Positions 50,396 through 52,479 of a stretch of DNA of 52,479 bases are shown one piece after another. A model generated the notes under the pieces. It did not search any database, was not told where the DNA came from, and saw only the letters and a program-made list of their open reading frames with translations. This DNA is from Cyanobacteria bacterium J06626_4 (lineage in GTDB: Bacteria > Cyanobacteriota > Cyanobacteriia > Phormidesmidales > Phormidesmidaceae), in contig JBCBJQ010000034.1 in NCBI GenBank assembly GCA_038523235.1, positions 1 through 52,479 of the forward strand, written 5' to 3'. Position numbers and translations under genes: made by a program. Numbering within the stretch: the first letter of the stretch is position 1; every line of letters starts with the position of its first letter.

Positions 50396-51376
50396 ATGAT
50401 TTACGATACTTCCCGTCCTTCACCGCAGAGAATTGTGAAACGTGATGGAGAATTTCCCGATATTATTCGCCTCGGCGATCCCCATTCTCCATGGCGGGAT
50501 CTTTATCATTTGCTCCTCACTATTTCATGGCCAGGATTTGTCGCCGTCTTATTGGTGGCCTATTTGCTGATCAATGGTGCCTTTGCTCTGGCCTATTGGT
50601 TCGGCGATGATGCGATCGGCAATGCTGACCCGGACTCATTGCTAGACGCCTTTTTCTTTAGCGTGCAAACCATGGCCTCCATCGGCTATGGCGCCATGTA
50701 TCCGCAAACTGACTACGCCAACTTTCTAGTCGTCATCGAAGCCTTTGTTGGGCTCTTGTTCATCGCCATGGCCACGGGCATGATTTTTGCCCGCTTTTCG
50801 GTGCCGACTGCCCGCATCTTGTTCAGCAACTTTGCGTTAATTGCCCCGTTTAATGGGGTGCCGAGTCTGATGTTTCGCACCGCCAACAAACGGCGCAATC
50901 GCATTTTAGAAGCACAATTGTGGGTCACCCTCGTACGCGACGAATTTACAAAAGAAGGCGATCTATTTCGACGCTTTTACGATCTCGAACTGATTCGCTC
51001 CCACACGCCTTTATTTGCCCTGACTTGGACGGCCATGCATCCCATCGACGAGACCAGTCCACTCTATGGGGCAACGCCGGAATCCCTGCGCCGCGATCAC
51101 GCCGAAATCATCGTCATCATCACCGGCATTGATGAAAATCTTTCCCAAACTATCCATGCCCGACACTCCTTCATTGCCGACGAAGTCTTATGGAACTTTC
51201 GGTTCAAAGACGTTTTGGGATGGACTCAAGATGGCCGGCGGGCGATCAACTTCAACAATTTTGACCGCGTGTATCGGGTTGACCCGGTCAACGGCTATGT
51301 GCTGACGCAGGAACCGTTCGAGGATACTGCTGCATCAAAATCTGCACCTGCTCGGCGTGATAAGAACTCCGAGTAA
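50396..51376 (+). CDS. Inward-rectifier K+ channel (KirBac)
   Basis: [20 protein letters not shown] filter, [13 protein letters not shown]. Confidence 0.93.
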   Translation: MIYDTSRPSPQRIVKRDGEFPDIIRLGDPHSPWRDLYHLLLTISWPGFVAVLLVAYLLINGAFALAYWFGDDAIGNADPDSLLDAFFFSVQTMASIGYGAMYPQTDYANFLVVIEAFVGLLFIAMATGMIFARFSVPTARILFSNFALIAPFNGVPSLMFRTANKRRNRILEAQLWVTLVRDEFTKEGDLFRRFYDLELIRSHTPLFALTWTAMHPIDETSPLYGATPESLRRDHAEIIVIITGIDENLSQTIHARHSFIADEVLWNFRFKDVLGWTQDGRRAINFNNFDRVYRVDPVNGYVLTQEPFEDTAASKSAPARRDKNSE

Positions 51377-52184
51377 GGGGCGACGACACCACTTGCAAGA
51401 AGCCCATCGCTTCACCGGCGACTCGCCAAGTCTCAAACTGCTTGGGAGTAATAAAGTTTTGAACGTCAAGGTGTTTGGCTCCCGGCTGCAGGTATTGGCC
51501 AATGGTCAAAATATCGCAGTCGGCCTGGCGCAGATCTGCCATCACCTGACGCACCTCTTCATCAGTCTCGCCTAAGCCGACCATAATGCCTGACTTGGTA
51601 TATACCCAAGGGGTTAGCTCCCGAGTGCGGCGCAATAGCTCGACCGACTGGGCGTACTTGGCCTGAGGGCGGACACGGCGATAGAGCCGGGGCACGGTTT
51701 CTGTATTGTGGTTCAAAACTTCGGGATTTGCTGTGAGAATGTCGGCCAGGGCCTGCCAGTTGCCACACAGGTCAGGAATTAACACCTCAATTGTGGTTTT
51801 AGCAGAGGCGGCGCGGACGGCCTCAATGCAGCGCACGAACTGAGAAGCGCCGCCATCAGGCAAATCATCTCGATTGACTGCCGTGATGACGACATGGTTG
51901 AGTCTCATTCGCTTCACAGCTTCCGCCAGGCGCAAGGGCTCGGTCGGGTCCAGAGCCTGAGGCTTTTTCTCAAAATCAATGTCGCAATAGGGGCAAGCGC
52001 GGGTGCAGGCCGGTCCCATGATCAGAAAAGTAGCGGTGCCCGCATTAAAACATTCGCCAATATTGGGGCAAGACGCCTCTTCGCAGACGGTGTTTAACTC
52101 CAGGTCGCGCAGCAGGGATTTAACATTGCCGACGCGCTCCCACTGAGGCGCTTTTACTCGAAGCCAATCTGGTTTTACAGCCAC
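51288..52184 (-). CDS. lipA: Lipoyl synthase
   Basis: [32 protein letters not shown]. Confidence 0.97.
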   Translation of the reverse strand: MAVKPDWLRVKAPQWERVGNVKSLLRDLELNTVCEEASCPNIGECFNAGTATFLIMGPACTRACPYCDIDFEKKPQALDPTEPLRLAEAVKRMRLNHVVITAVNRDDLPDGGASQFVRCIEAVRAASAKTTIEVLIPDLCGNWQALADILTANPEVLNHNTETVPRLYRRVRPQAKYAQSVELLRRTRELTPWVYTKSGIMVGLGETDEEVRQVMADLRQADCDILTIGQYLQPGAKHLDVQNFITPKQFETWRVAGEAMGFLQVVSSPLTRSSYHAEQVQILMQQYPRTVPASAHSR

Positions 52185-52479
52185 GACGTTCTCTTAATCT
52201 GAATATCTGCATTCCATCCTAGCGGCTGATTTGAGAATTTCTGACGGGCGATCGCACAATTCAACCGGTTTGTTCAGGCAGAGAGCTGGAGCGATTCCAT
52301 TTGATTTCCTAAAATGACCTTAAATCGCTCAATCCAGGGAGTTATTTCACAGCCTGTTCAAAGGTGCCCATAACTGCTTTGTCACAAGGAATATTGCTGA
52401 TATCTCAATCTGTGAAAAACTTTTGCAAAGACTATAAAGTCAATCTATCTATACTAGAGCTTCCAAGCTTAGAAAAAGG

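Larger units (their letters stand above)
1..52479. repeat. HIP1 octamer GCGATCGC dispersed throughout
   Basis: Dozens of copies in genes and spacers, e.g. three within 42470-42530; a cyanobacterial hallmark. Confidence 0.95.

Noticed and set aside
16134..52184. MnmC-like, miaE, TusBCD-like, MOSC and lipA genes as one tRNA-thiolation/sulfur supercluster
   Set aside because: Scattered over 36 kb among unrelated housekeeping genes, with no mnmA/tusA/tusE; likely coincidence

Overview
Cyanobacterial chromosomal window (psbO, a flavodiiron protein and dense HIP1 GCGATCGC octamers; probably a filamentous Leptolyngbya-like strain, which is an inference). 0.4-16 kb is a metal-homeostasis island. Its zinc-starvation module has two COG0523/CobW proteins, a WD40 protein, two atypical metallophosphoesterases, a flavoprotein, a Zn/Mn ABC importer and Fur/Zur-type boxes. 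Its metal-excess module has a CadC-like repressor with a CDF-type exporter and operator, plus smtB/smtA with two operators; smtA is missing from the ORF track. Twice in this island, cargo DNA is bracketed by an intact gene and a diverged copy of that gene's 3' end. 16-33 kb is mostly housekeeping, with three kinds of MITE (one splitting a gene), an IS1-family remnant and a pseudokinase-TPR protein. 33.5-45.7 kb is accessory DNA and holds the best candidate for an undescribed system: a sulfite reductase coupled to three DsrE/F/H (TusBCD)-like genes, near a GAF-LuxR regulator, an IMPase/CysQ-superfamily gene and an ankyrin-SagB nitroreductase operon. 45.9-52.2 kb is housekeeping (cinA, GT39, acyP, MOSC, Kir channel, lipA). 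No rRNA, tRNA, CRISPR array or intact transposase/integrase was seen. All calls come from motif recognition by eye; no database searches were run.
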